A stretch of 55,836 bases of DNA, filler included, from Sphacelaria rigidula (taxonomy: Eukaryota), in NCBI GenBank assembly GCA_964200075.2. It is 4 parts of 4 records of this genome, joined end to end, with 100 filler letters (N's around TTAATTAATTAA, not from the genome) between each part and the next. Parts side by side here need not be neighbours in the genome. Positions count along the whole stretch, not along the records: positions 1 to 13,887 come from CAXNAA020002608.1; positions 13,988 to 27,872 come from CAXNAA020002609.1; 2 more parts are not named here. The stretch is one strand, 5' to 3'. Position 1 is the stretch's first letter, and the number at the start of each line of letters is the position of its first letter. The notes beneath the pieces were generated by a model. That model ran no database searches. It worked only from the letters and a program-made list of their open reading frames with translations, and was not told the origin of the DNA. Position numbers and translations under genes: made by a program. Below are positions 10,708-24,149 of this stretch, piece by piece.

Positions 10708-13700
10708 ATGTCGCACAAAAATAGCGCTGGCTCATCCCTGCAATTGGGAAACCAACAGCTTCGCCGGACCAAGAGTCAAACTACTGGCGGTTCGAAATCT
10801 TTAAAGATGAGCGGCACGCCACCTTCAACACATCGCCGCACGTATGCGAGCGCTGTTCGTTCTTCGGGATCTGAAGACCAACTTTCGAGCGAAGCTCATT
10901 CTTCAACGCTTGAACACCAGACTTTGACGCCGAGACCTGTTCTCTCACGTTCCGACCCGGACTCAGAGAACATGGTGGTGCAACCGGCCGAGTAATTGCT
11001 TCCTGACGCGCATGTCAGTGAGCCCATAACGGTGGATTCCGTCTCACACCCCTCGCTGGCCCCTGCTCCCCCGAGTCCCAATGTGGAATCCGGAGTTAGG
11101 ATTGTGCCCTCAGTCGAGTCGTTGCCCCTGGACACACGTGTCCAGCTCGGCCCTGTCACGGTTGCTTCAACCGTGGCACCCCGTCGCTTGACGGCTGACA
11201 ACTCTCGAGACGATTCTGTCCCGACGAAGCGCATCGCTTCTGGAGAAAGAGACTTTGTCACACGGGCTGCTTCCTTTACGGACCCCCTTCGCAAGACTCT
11301 TGGTACTCCCATGCGCCCTACTGCGCAGTCCAATGTCGGACCTGCTGTTGCGGCCATGCTTGCTGCCATGCATACTCTGCATCGCACTTCCTCGGCGTCG
11401 TCGCCATCGCCAGCTCTCATCGAGGCATTTACGGCTTTTTGCCATGCCACGCTCCAAGACCAGTCGGCGTCTGCTCATGTGCAATCCAATGATGATACTG
11501 CACCTCCCATGCCCAAACCCGTACGTCTCGCGACCCGTTCGGCGACATCGCGTCCTCCGTTCGTCACTCATGATAAATTCAGCGAACATGAGTCCAGCCC
11601 TTCCTCAACGTCGCAGCAGAGCCATACTCGCGTTTCTGACCGGCGTCGCACACCGAGACTTGGTCATGACTATGTCTCCCGTTCTAGAAGTTCTAAGGGC
11701 CACTCCCAGCAAAGCTTGAATTCATCGCGCGCTTCCACACGCCCGCAGAATACCGCTCCTGGACACAAATATGGAGGTCGTTCACGCCATAGTTCCAATT
11801 CATCCCGCGCTCCTAAGCGCCCGGTGAATACTAATCATGGCCGAACTCACGAGGATACCTTGCGGCCCAGATCAAGTTCTTCGCGCGTTAACTCGCGCTT
11901 GAACGACTCCGATCATGCACCTTCGCGGACCTCTACTGCTCAGCCTTTGTCACACACCCGTCATTTACGCAATGATAACACCGTACATACTGACGATATC
12001 CAAAACATATTTCGGACATGTCACCGGCTCCGGAATCCTCAATTTCAGGATCCGACCGCACTTCATCGCACAACCGACGACAACGCACTGACCACGAACC
12101 ACCGTCCCGTTCCCACGCTGCGCTTATTCGTACTCTGCAACAACGTTTGACAGATCTCGAACGGCTACTCGTGACAGCAACTATGGACGCCCAACGCACT
12201 ACCGTTACTGCCGCGAGACCATTCGCGCTCCCGCAGCTGCTGCTTCCGCTACCGCGACTGCTGCGCCTCCGTCCGCCCCTGCGCCGGCTCGGACAATCGC
12301 CGGCGCTCCACCTGCTATCGACACGGATGCCGATAGCGGCTCCACCACGGCCCCTGTGGGCCCTTCCCCATCCGTGGAGGTTCTCCCTCCGCTTGGCGAT
12401 GAGCACTGCCCCACCGGCCTGCTCTTACGCCTGTTCACCAACAGGCCACGAGCAGAACAGCAACAACTGATTGCTGATTATGCGTCTCAGGAGCCTGCGC
12501 TGACGCAGGATATCCTCGGAAAACAACGCGACGCCGACGCCGCCGCTGCCCGCCTCCTTCTGGAGGAGCACGAGAGTACTCTCAAGGACCTCCAGCGGTA
12601 AGCCTCCCTTGCTCACTCTACGAGCACGGCGGCTCAACGAGCACTCGACGAAGGCCATGCTGCGGCTACGGCGGCTCAAAGACGGGTCCGTCAACTCGAA
12701 GATCATGTTCAGCGGACCGCCCAAGCAGTGGCCTCGTCGGCGGCCCGCCTGACTGATCATCAAGCCGCTCCGCCTTCCACCGACAACTTGCCCAGGCCCC
12801 ACCTGCCGGCGTCCAACAGAGCGTCGTATGTCATCCCTCGCAAGCCCAACAGGACGTCGCCTGCTGCGGCCGCTGCCGCCACCACGACGCCCCCGACACC
12901 GCCGCGTCACGGAGTTAGCTCGGTGCCACACATAGTTTCTTCGCCAAAGTTGCGACTGGTGTCTCACGAACGAGAATGGCTTTCTCGTCCTGTGTCGACC
13001 TATACCGGTCCCTTCGACCGGCGAAACCACCTGCACTGCTCCCCAACCGCCTGGGCCTTGATATCCCAACGTATGTTTTACACGCTTGGGGTATATGTCG
13101 AACAGAACGGCTTCCTCCCCAAGGCAGGCGTCTCGGTGCTCACCTTGGGCCAACTAGTTTTGCAGACTACCGTTGGCGATCACCGGGACCACCACACTTA
13201 CGTTGAAGCGGTCGAGGAAAGTTTTGCGGCGCTTCGCGCTGCCTACAAAACTCATCCCGGCGCTACCCTCAACGGAGACGAAGATGAAGATGGGTGGACT
13301 CCCGCAACATCCAACTGCCGGGGACCGAAGAAAAACCACCAGCGCGACGACGATCTACGGATGGAGGGAATTCACGCCGCCGCCATGGCGGTGAAGTATC
13401 TTCTTCAAGCAGTTCCGGACCGAACCGCCCGCCCTGCAAGCCGAAAGGCAAGCACGCTGGAGACAACTCTTCCGGCTCATCCGCATCGGCCTGCAACCGG
13501 TCCGGTGCAGCTCTTCCCGCCTCGGGCTCGGAGACCCCCAGGCAAGTGGTTCCTAAGTTGGTTGATGTTTCGGCCCGCATTTTAGGTTTCTCCGATACGG
13601 ATACACCTGAACGTCCTTTGTCTTCTACTGCAGCTCGCGCTTCAGCAACCGCCGCGGCTGACAAAGAACGTTCGATAGCTAGCAAAAAAGCAGCTTCCGA

Positions 13701-13887
13701 TAGAGCTGAGTCTGCCCGAGTAGCTGCAATACAACGACAGTATATTCAGATGGATGTGAAAAAACTCTGGCACATCAAAACCATGCCTGCCGCGGATAAC
13801 GAAGATTCGGGCCAGTTTACTTCTGCCCTCATCACGTCCATCCGCCGCACTCTTTGTAATACCCTTCACTTGGCGGATGTGACTGGC
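10708..13887 (+). mobile_element. Degenerate gag-like/ORF1 region of a second retroelement, truncated by the contig end
   Basis: Chain of overlapping intronless + strand ORFs (10708-10995, 10996-12150, 12356-12601, 12728-13585, 13294-end), rich in Ser/Pro/Arg/Ala with coiled-coil patches and broken by stops and frameshifts. Lies directly downstream of the putative PBS. No diagnostic Gag motif recognised. Confidence 0.5.
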
Positions 13888-13987
13888 NNNNNNNNNNNNN
13901 NNNNNNNNNNNNNNNNNNNNNNNNNNNNNNNTTAATTAATTAANNNNNNNNNNNNNNNNNNNNNNNNNNNNNNNNNNNNNNNNNNNN
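13888..13987. other. Artificial contig linker
   Basis: 44 N + TTAATTAATTAA (stops in all six frames) + 44 N. Confidence 0.99.
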
Positions 13988-14721
13988 TCCGGGTTCTCAT
14001 CCTCAATGAAAAGCATCATCCTCAACATAGATGATCGGCTGTTTTAACTGCCCATGCGGGAGAACTTGGTCCAGGAAGCATGCTCACACCTAGTTTTTCA
14101 ACCGTCGATCAGAACGCATCCTTCAACGTGGTACGAAGTGAAAAAAAACTTACGTGCATTTGACGAAAGATCTAACGCAGTGCTCAGTGTACCAAGAGAT
14201 TAGTGTACTCTTTTTGCGGATTTGTTTTTCGTGACGAATTGTTACTGACCTTGTACTGCACCGTATATTGTGCATTTCTGTCGTATGCCAGCTGAGGAAG
14301 CAGGATGATCAGCAGAAGTGTCTGGAAGGTACGGGTACGGATGCAGAACAGAGTATGGAGTGCGGTTCACTATAAACGATTTCATGCTCGTGACAGGGGA
14401 ACAGAGCTGCCTGCACGGAATGACAACAATCGTCACGTTCAAGTGCGTGCGCATCGATCACCCCCCACAAGGCATATTTACGCCCTTCACCCGCTGCTCC
14501 GTACTTAGCACCATGTCCAATGAAAGTGGCGCCGGTAGAGACCCCGAATTTCACTGTCCTGGCCAGCACGGACATCCGGAATATGTTCCCTATATGTGTG
14601 TGCTACGCTTTCTTGTGACGGGTATGCCTAGGAAGAAGATACTTCTCTGTGTCGCATCGACTGATCTGGTCCAACCGCCGACGTAAAAGCTGTAACAGTT
14701 TGTACATTATTGTGTTGACAG

Positions 14722-17700
14722 ATAAAATCAAGTTATACCAAGCCAGGGCGAAGGCGCAACCGAGCCCGCCACCTGCCACTGATTTTGGTAGGAGTCAGAG
14801 GTTTATGAGGTATGGGCAACTGGCGGTGATGGCCGGAAGATTAACTGGAGGGAGTCGGCCGGCAGCGTGCCAGAAGACAGGAACACCTAAAGCTGGTGTC
14901 GAGGAGCAAGCCAAAGGGTCAGTCGCGACAGTCGCTGCGGGAGAATCTCAGACAATGCGTCATCTTCTTGGCGTCAATCGGTGAGATCCAAGACGACATC
15001 GCCTTACCACAAAGTAGACCTACAAACAACGTGGGGTATAAAGTCGTCGGGCATGCGTGCGCGTGAGGAGAATATACGCGGAACCTTCAGCGTCGTGGAC
15101 TTCAATGCTGCTTGTCTTTGTGCTCAGACGCCGGGTGCGGATTTAAAGGGTCATAGGCAAGGCTGTTGTTGCGCAGGCGATCATGATGAAGCTGTGGGGC
15201 TATCTATCTAAGTGAGACCTAGGTTTCCGCCCTTCACGTGTCTGGCTGAAAGCTAAAATCCAGTGTGGTTCACGTGGGTCACAGGGATCTTCGAAGTCAA
15301 CTAGCACGGGCGGAAAAACAAGCTGAGGCATTCCTGCAGTTCAGTGGCCGCATCAACCTCCTCGAGGAAGAAAAGAGACAGCTGCAGAGCCGGTAGGGAG
15401 AGGAATCCAACAGGCACGAACGGTTCCGAACCATGCCAGTGTTCGTCTAGAAAGCGTAACATATCTAGCCAGTAGAGAGCAGTGACTTGAGAATATTTAT
15501 GGTGTGTGATTTTGCTGGAGCGCGTAGCGGCATTCGCGAGCCCCGCGTCTTCAGGTACGTCTCACGTCAGTCGTCGCACTTTTTAAGGCATTACCGGGTC
15601 GTTTCCTACTTCGAAGTAGACATTTCAGTGCTATGCGCGCCACATGAAAGTATGTTCTACGGGTGCGCGTACAAACAACACTCCATAATTGGCCGTTGAA
15701 TAAGGTGCGTGACATGTCGTGTGTGACAGGCTGATGGCTGAAGCCTTGGTGTATTCCCCAAACTGCTTCCAGTCTCGAGCTCATGGCGGACCAGCTGAAG
15801 CTTCAAGCGGCCCCATTGGCGGCCCTCCAGCTAGAGTTGAATCAGGCTAGATTGGACACGGAGTCCATGAGAACCAGGTTGAGGGAAGACCGGAAGGACG
15901 CCAGGCATAGGTGTGCGGTATGCAATACTAATGGCGCCAACCCCGAGAAAAAAATATGTATTTCATGTGCAGTGAGATCCCACACTAATAACAGTAGCTG
16001 GGGACCGGAGAAGGGTGCGGTTATATGCTTGGATGGCTTGCCCTTCGATAAATGTGAAAACGCCTGAATGGTTCGCTGAATGTCCTGTGTTTTTTTGTCG
16101 TATCGCAGCACCCCGATGGAACCCGACGAAAAAAGTGTCCCTAGCTAATGAAGCGCCTGACGGTAAAAAACATGGTGCTGAAGAGTGCCTCTTTGACTCT
16201 AACGTGAACCACCTCATCCTATCAGGCAGGAGGACACCGAGAAGAAGCAATCGAAGGTCGATGAGCTTACGAAAGACCTGCGGATTGATTTAGAAGAGGC
16301 GCAAAGGGCGTATCAGGTAACTTTTACATTCTCACAACGAATCATCACGGTGATCGAGTTGTGTACTGAAGAAACCTGGGGCATCTGCTCGGAGTTTTTC
16401 GCAGAACAAGCTATGTGCAGCATTTTCTGTGGTTGATGATAGAACTCATGACTGCCGTTCTTGACGAGTTACCTCTCGTTATTCCTCAACCGAAAGCACT
16501 ACCGCTATTCGTTCACTTCACGTGGTTCCGCGTTGAGTAGCCTAGCTCAGCTATAGGAAAACGGGCACCAGCATCTAGTACCATTCCGACTAGACCTGCA
16601 CGTGGTTGCGCGAAAATTCAGTACATAATGTTCCGTTCAGGTCACTGTACAATTTACATGGCCTCTTGTTTTTCCTTCCTTCCTTCCTTCCGTTCTTGTG
16701 CGTATTTCGCACGTCGTTCCCCAGCGCGAGAGCAACAAGGTGGACAAATATATCGCATTGTACAACAAGGCCATGTCGGAGACGGAACGCGTGACGAACC
16801 AGTTAGAGCAGAGCACCACCGATGCTAGAACCATGGCGCACGAGGTTGGGCCACTGCATTAATCTAAAAGTTGCTCGTACAAAGGCAGCAGCACATGCTT
16901 CCGAGAGCTTTGTGATGCGTCTTTCGACAAGCACAGAAGTCTTAGCTGCGCGACGAGGTGTATCGCAATACACGGTGCCTTTAAGCGTTGCACGTAACCA
17001 AAACTGCAGGGTAAGCGGAACGTCAACTTCATTTATCCTGTGTGGCAAGCGCCATCAATGCTTCGGGAGGTCTAAAGCCCCGTGCTCGCATCCAGGTTGA
17101 TTCACTGTCGTGCTCTCCTGTCTTTTCACCTTCGGTTATTATTCCCTTCCCCCGCACCAGCTGATTCGGATGAAGAACGAAATAGAGCAAAGGTCGCGGC
17201 GTCCCCACGCGTCGACCCAAACAAGCCCCACCAGTGACGAGGAGAGCGGCGATAATGCACCCTCCTCTGCACCCTCGTCGGCGGAAAGCCCAAAGGGAGA
17301 CGAAATCTCTGGCACAGCCGAGAAAGAAGGCGAGATAGGGCAAGAAACCAAGTCTTCCATCAACACAGAGGCGCAAGTGGTCAGCTTGAAGGCGCAGGTG
17401 GAACCGGTACACACTTCAAACTGTGTAGATGGGGAAGGTGCTCTGGTTATAGTGTGTCTTACGGCAGCAGCACGCGTCTCACACGCCGTCGCCGGTCGCC
17501 CTCAAATTCTGACAGTCTTGCGTATGACGATCGAGACGTGGAGATGCTGGTGAAGCAAGAACATTGTGATGTTTCGAAGAGTTGTGCTCTTGAAGCGGAG
17601 AATGGTGACTTCCTACTAGATGCGGTCAGGCTTACTTGTTCGACCAGCCTTGAGCACGCGCTCACCTAGAATTCACAAATTTGCAGCTGACACAACGCAG

Positions 17701-19025
17701 GAAGTACGAAGAATCGGCGGAACAGGCATCACGTGTAGGTCGTCGCACACCTTCTTCATCTCGTGGGGGGCGCGTTGTTTTGTCGCGCAGGGACCGCCCG
17801 TCGCCTGTTTCACAATCTGCTTGATCGACGGAATGACATCATCCACCATACGACCACACTCCTTTTTTTGTTGATTTCGCCACGAGGGTTCATCCGGATA
17901 ACAGAGATTCCGTTTGACATGAATCGGTTACGCGATGCCGTGTATGGTGCGTATTTCTTCTCGTCAGTTGAATCAGCTGCAAGAACGATTGGAAGACGCC
18001 GAACGGGCTACAGCTGAAGCACTAGATGGGGAGGAACGCGTAAAGACGGAGCTGGTGCACATGAAGCACGAAAAAGCCGAACTTGTCGCGACGTGAGTTG
18101 GGAGTTTTTCCCCTGACTTTCCCCGTGCCCCTTTCCGAGCGATTGGGGAGTGTGCTAACATGGTGTGACGTCAATCTTTCGAGCGTAGGTTTGACTCTGT
18201 TTCCCCCCAACGAAACAGTGTACCTATTGCCCTGCTGGGCTGAGAGCGCAACGACCCGTAAAAGACTGATATACTCATTGAACGGGATGCTGTGTAGGGA
18301 ACAAGGCGCTGGGCGTGGGCGGAGTCGCGGCCAATTGCTGACGTAGCCTTTCTCGACACACCTGGCTGTGCAAACAGCTCGGAGAGTAAGCATGTGAACA
18401 GTAGATGACGAACCATTGACAAAATATCGTGTACAATAGCCGTATCTCTATGGTATCCCTTCCCGCCCAACCCCGTCTCGCTCGCAGAGCCGAAACTTCA
18501 GGAGCACGACAAGAAGATCTGCGCACTGATGTCGACGAGGGGATAAAGAAACGGCGGCTCTCCACCATGCGTGCAGAGCTGTGCCGCACTATCGATGAGA
18601 TGAGGTCAGCGGAGGATGCCGTGAAAGTATCGCTAACGTGCCTCAGCTGCACTCGGCTCTTCCGCAACCCCCATATCCTGACACCATGTGGCCATACCTT
18701 GTGTGGAGACTGTTGTGACCGGGATGATGAAGGTTTTGATGAAGGGGTACCGAAAAAGGGAACGGAGAGAGGGGCCCCATTAGACGGGCAAGGTGACAGT
18801 ATGCGACGGGTTAAGGCGTCATGTTGTCTGTGCGAAAATGAGGGAGACGGAGCAGAGGGGCAATTACGGTCTGGGGCGTTGAGTCAGTGGACTATGGCAC
18901 CAAACCGTGCTGTTGCAGCGCTTGTTGGGAAGTTCACTTTCAGGAGGCAGTGCTTGGAAGTGCTGAGTAGAATTGGGCAAGCATTGTGGGAAGGAGCAGT
19001 TGCTCCGGCCAGATCTAGCGCATGA
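14722..19025 (+). CDS. Coiled-coil protein with C-terminal C3HC4 RING finger (putative E3 ligase); 5' end not located
   Basis: Eight phase-compatible GT-AG exons: 14722-14980, 15285-15392, 15773-15910, 16226-16316, 16725-16844, 17161-17397, 17968-18092, 18488-19025. Most encode heptad-like helices (e.g. LQERLEDAERATAEAL). The last has CLSC-x12-CGH-x2-CGDC...CCLC followed by PNRAVAALV. Confidence 0.85.
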
Positions 19026-20065
19026 TGCCTTGTGCATGCTGATCCATATATCCATATGTACTTGGATGGTCCCAGGTCGAAAACAGTGACGTAATACCGC
19101 ACAACACATGAAAAGGCAAACCTCAAAAGAGATAACACTTGCTCTTGAGCACTTGCGGGAAACGAAGACCTTCAAATGACTCACAACTTTGATCGTCGCA
19201 AAGCCAGCAGTGACACGTGAATTTATTCCATTCTCAACTACAAACGTTAAAACTGTTGCAGCCCCAACTTCACTAGCCGATGAGCCGGAAGGCATATAGC
19301 ACCATGATAGTCACACACCTTCACACTCCACATCGACCAATACCAGTCAATTCCTCGCCACGTCTGGAATCACTCCACAAATCACCAGGGTGAAGAGTAC
19401 ACACGCTTGGTTCAGGTACCTATGTTCAAGGATCAATCAGATACGTGGGCTTGAAAGAGGGGAAGTGCTCGATGTTTTTGGTTGGCCAATCAGGTGCCTC
19501 TACTAAAATTTCAACGATACCAAAAAAAGTGGGCACCCCACTTTCCCCCCTCTTACCGCCGTATAGTATGGCGTCAATCCCACTTTCTTTCGTGACACAA
19601 ACCTATGTTATAATTACACCAGAAGACAGGGTAACTTATTATTTTATCTAGAATCGTAACTCTTCCCCCATATTTTTGTGGATCGATCCGACAGCTGCGT
19701 TTCATCTCTCTGTCTCTGTCTCTTTCTCGAACATCCTGATTGATGACTGGTGCCATCCCGGGCTCGATGTCCATTTTTTTTTCTTCTCCCCTTACACTTT
19801 GAACCCCTCCCCTTCCTCGGGATGAGTCCGTGGTCTCAANNNNNNNNNNGTCTCGCGGATTGGATCAGCACTTCCGCACCGCGTCAACTCACGTCACACA
19901 AATTCAGTCGACTACTTTGTTTACTCACGTTCTCACGCTTTCACGGTGGCAATAATACATTACGAAGAAAACCTCAACGCATCGGGAATCTAACCCCTGT
20001 TCTCTCCACCCTAATGTCGATAGTTGGACCATTACACCACCGGGGCAGTACGCACTATATATACA

Positions 20066-23000
20066 CTATACACGTGGGAGGTCCTCTGGCTCCGAAGCGC
20101 TTGCGGGATCTTGCTGTAGTCGGGTATGCCGCTGCTCTCTCAACTCTTTGTCCCAGGACTGCACCTGAGGTACAGGACCGCACGGAAAGACAACATTACG
20201 AAGGTATACCTCCGGAAAATCGGGTAATTGTAGAAGTATAAAAGCGGTATTTATCCCTTAGACAGCGAGAGTTGGTTATTTGTTGAATTGGCATCAATTT
20301 CACTTGAAAAAAGTACCACGTATGAATTTAACTCTTGGACTACCCTCGCCGTCCAAGGGTGAAGTGGTGAGCACTCTCCAGCACCATACCGGATCGTCTG
20401 GAACAAGACTCGATACCCGGCCGGACAATCCCGGCATGTTCGGTACACATTTCGGTATGGTTTATAATAGTATGCCAACCAGAAATCCCCCACTTCCAGA
20501 TATACTCTACAGAACACAACCTTGCAAAATTACACCATGTAGGCTATTCGCACGTGTACCACCACACTGCACAACAACAACAAAATGAAAACGAAGCATG
20601 TTGAAATCTTGTCTCGCCTATCCTTGCCACGAGGTTCAAACTGATTATAATAGTTTGTTGATCTACTGTAACACGTTGACTGACCCCCGAGGAGTCATAA
20701 TCCAGTCGTGATCATCATCCACAAGATAGACGTACGACGTACCCAAGGTAAACAGTTCGGGAACACTCGCTGAACGAAGCTTGACAAAGGGGAAACACGA
20801 AGATGAGAGAACAGGGTAAACTGACAAACGGTAGACTGGACACAAACAACAGAAAAAACAGGAAATGTAGGAGGAAGAAGGGAAGGAGGAAGAAGAAAGG
20901 AAAAGGCGGGAAAAAAATAACGCCAAACGACATCTAGCGCCGGTCGTGCTGAAAACAACAAAGCAAAGAACAACGACTAGTCCCTGCCGCATGGCTTCGG
21001 GTGAAGAGTTCGTACAACATCAGTCGACACAAACGGGATAGCAGGAAGGCCGTGGACGCAGGCTGCGACTCAGTTGTTGGGGAACCGCACTTTTTTACAT
21101 TAACTCTAATCCGCGAGCTCTGTAGGAGCGAGACACAAACACTGCTAACCGCTACAGGATTCGAAACGAAACGATAAGGGGGAAAGAAGGACATACGACA
21201 AGACAGAACAAAGAGGCAGACAGATAGACAGGGAAAGAGAGAGATAGAGACAAGGAGGCAGAGGGACAGAGAGAGACAACGAGAGAGCGGAAGTCCGTAG
21301 GGATGCGCATGTACGATTCAATGAGTGCCACACACAAGACCACCGCTGCCATGACGGCAACTCCTCGGTGTCACCTGAGCGGTGGTGAAAACGCCATCCG
21401 TGCTGTCAAAAAACTCGCTCAAGTCCTTTCCTTGATCTGCAGGGGTACGCGCCCGGAGACAAACGCGACGTCGGAGAAAGCTCACGTGAGTGAGTCAATT
21501 CGTGGCGCAGTCGTATACCAAACGCAGTGTCGCCGCTTTATCTTGAGTCCATTTGGTCATTCTGCCCATTCCAACACCACTTTCAAACGAGAACATGTCG
21601 TTCGAATTTCAATAGCAGCACGACTGGGCACACTCTTGTTTCTGGACATTCGACATAAGACGAGGAGCACGCTATGTCGAAGACGTGAACCTTCATTTCG
21701 CAGTAGTGCTGTGCGCAAATAACCAGAGCAACTCAAAATCCCTTCCTTGCCTCTTTCATATTCGTCTGCCTGCACGATCATCTCCATTTTGTCCAAGTCT
21801 TTGACCATTCTAGCCTCTGCTGATGTGCAGTCTTCGTACTCCAGCCACAACGCCTTGATCTCTGAAGCTGTCGCAACGGAAGCAGCAACGGCAAGCAAGC
21901 GTTGAGCGTTGTCATGAGCGTGCAAGACCTCACCTCACTTTTGCAAAAGTGATCGCGTGCAGCGGCCAACATGAACGAAACCGAGGAAGATGACCACGGT
22001 GCGGCGTGTGTCATGCCCGAACTTCCCAAGCTGGGTATATACCAGCACCACTTCCAGGGCCTTGTTTCGAAGCTCATGATGCGCGTCGATCAAAGCGATG
22101 CAATCTCGAGGCTCAACCACCATCTCTAGATGGCAGACAGAGAGAGGAAAGAAAACACGGGCGCGGAAGGGAATGTCGTGCTCCCCTCACCAATCGGATC
22201 GCTCCCGATTGTGGCGCATATTTTCTCTAATCCTTCTTCCTCCAGCCTCCGCTTCTCCTCCTTACTAACATTTTGAAACGGAGCGATATCTCCCGCCAAA
22301 GCCTCGGCAAGGTCGTGCACCACTGCCAGCTTCATCACCCGTGACCTGCCAATCAATTCACCAGCAAGCAAGCAGCACGAGAATTTAATGTGCACTGGTG
22401 TCTCCCCTCCAAGGGTGTGGAAATCGGCTTGCACCACGACTCCTTCGGTGGGTCGGGGGCCTAGTCCTACTGGAAGGCCGCCAATTTTTGCTCCCTTGCC
22501 CCATACCGCAAACAAATGAGGCCATTACTGTATATATATATACATATCAATATGTATATTAGAGACGCGATATGTCGCACAGGCGAAATGATCGCATCAA
22601 CTCTTGTGCCGAGGCAAAAATCGCAACGGCTGGACTGCATTTCAATCGGCATTTGATCATTTTTGAACTCGTTACGTTCGATCATTTTTGAACTCGTTAC
22701 GTTCGTCCGAGCACACGACGTCGTCCGAATGGCTCGCTTTGCCTTCAGTGTGCACGATGTTGGCATGAAGAAAAGGGGGGAAATGATAACGCTACTGCGT
22801 TGGAATAGCCCTCACCGGTCGAGTTTGGGATCCGTCACGAGGAACGCGCACATGGCCATACGGTACATGTGGTCTGACACCGACCTGAGTTGTGCACAAG
22901 ACAGAAGAGAGCGGGGGGGGGGAATGCGAACATTTGACGATGTTCCATCGTGTTTCAGCGCAGTGTCGGTTATCCCTTGATGCCTCACGGCGACATGTGT

Positions 23001-23537
23001 GTATGCTTCCGTGCCGTTTATTGTAGGCCTCGCGGAACTGTCGCAATGACCATGAACAGCGTACTGTCTGTGCTATATCTGCAAAGGCCCAGCCTTCAGC
23101 CTTGGAGGCCCATGCACGATCTTTCCATATACTCCAGTAGACAGTTTTTGCAAGCATGCTGCTCAACAGGCAATGTGCTGCAGTCCCGGTACTGCTGCAG
23201 GCCACGGTTTACGATCGAGATTGTGTTGCTACTAGAAACGCACAGCGCACGCTGACGTAAACCTTGATTGCGTTCTATAATAGTCTTGAACAACACACTG
23301 GGTCTACAGGGAGAAGCCCCGAATCCATACAGTACACTAAACACGCGTGGATGAAAGACGAGAGGCTCGGGAAAGAGCGCGGCTATAGTCTATCTCCAGC
23401 AGCTCACTCGGGCAGTGACACTCCGCGGTGGACCCATCCAGTCCTCTTGAGCTGCTTCAGCTTGCCAACTACTCGCAGGAACGCCAATGCATTGGACGGC
23501 GGCGGTGTTGGTATTGTCGATGGCTCGGCACCTAGTG
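20066..23537 (-). CDS. HDDC2: HD-domain 5'-deoxynucleotidase (HDDC2/YGK1 family); start exon not located
   Basis: Phase-compatible exons about 23537-23408 ([20 protein letters not shown]), 22884-22816 ([10 protein letters not shown]), 22345-22191 ([21 protein letters not shown]), 21867-21751 ([27 protein letters not shown]), 21436-21375 ([11 protein letters not shown]) and 20164-20066 (VQSWDKELR..stop). Confidence 0.95.
20255..20359. mobile_element. piggyBac-like MITE (about 100 bp), copy 1
   Basis: Termini CCCTTAGACAGCGAGAG and CCCTCGCCGTCCAAGGG, flanked by TTAT and TGAA (degenerate TTAA). Homologous to 38403-38500. Confidence 0.75.
22655..22704. repeat. Perfect 25-bp tandem duplication in an HDDC2 intron
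   Basis: GATCATTTTTGAACTCGTTACGTTC x2. Confidence 0.9.
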
Positions 23538-23817
23538 CTGCATACAAATGAAGCGCATGCAGACATCCCAGTACACCAGAACAGCAGAGCGCAAGGGGCG
23601 AAAAATTGCAGAGCGTGACTCGCGGTTGTTGCGCTTTCTGCTGTCACCTTGTGGTGTATGACTACACTGGCGTGCGACAGTTTGGTGTGCCGTATCAGAT
23701 GTGATTATTGTATTACGATACTCCAGATACTTCGGGTTTCCAGAGCGTTTTAAGTGGTCAGGCCGTGTCTTACCTAAGCCGAAAATCTGTTTGCTGACAA
23801 TATGTTTCACGGTTCGG

Positions 23818-24100
23818 ACGAGTCAGAGTTCGTACGGGTTGACTCCCCATGAATGTTGAATAAGAGTCCTCCGGTATGAATCACGGGTGGGAAAATTGTA
23901 CGTTCAAGATCATACCGCACGAATCACAAAGTGGGAATGTCTACACTGCAAGTAGTATAAGACGAATCAAGATTAAAAAATGTGTGCGAACCGCAATTCC
24001 TGTATGAATCTTGGATGGGAAACGTGTCACTTGATTCATCTCGTATAAATCAAAAGTGGGGAATACGTACGCATGATTCATGCTGCAAAAAAGGAAATCG
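23818..24100. repeat. Dispersed repeat with 42-43-bp internal periodicity, copy 1
   Basis: Colinear similarity to 39950-40330 (GACTCCCCATG, TACCGCACGAATCAC, AATTCCTGTATGAATC, CACTTGATTCAT). Confidence 0.8.
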
Positions 24101-24149
24101 AGAAAAAAAAGAGTTTCGGAAGATATTTTTTCTCGTCATGGAGTCAGAG

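Noticed and set aside
13932-13943. TTAATTAATTAA palindrome recurring three times
   Set aside because: Synthetic six-frame-stop linker embedded in Ns.
23818-24100. CRISPR-like periodicity
   Set aside because: The conserved part is only about 7 bp and flips orientation, there are no cas genes, and the context is eukaryotic.
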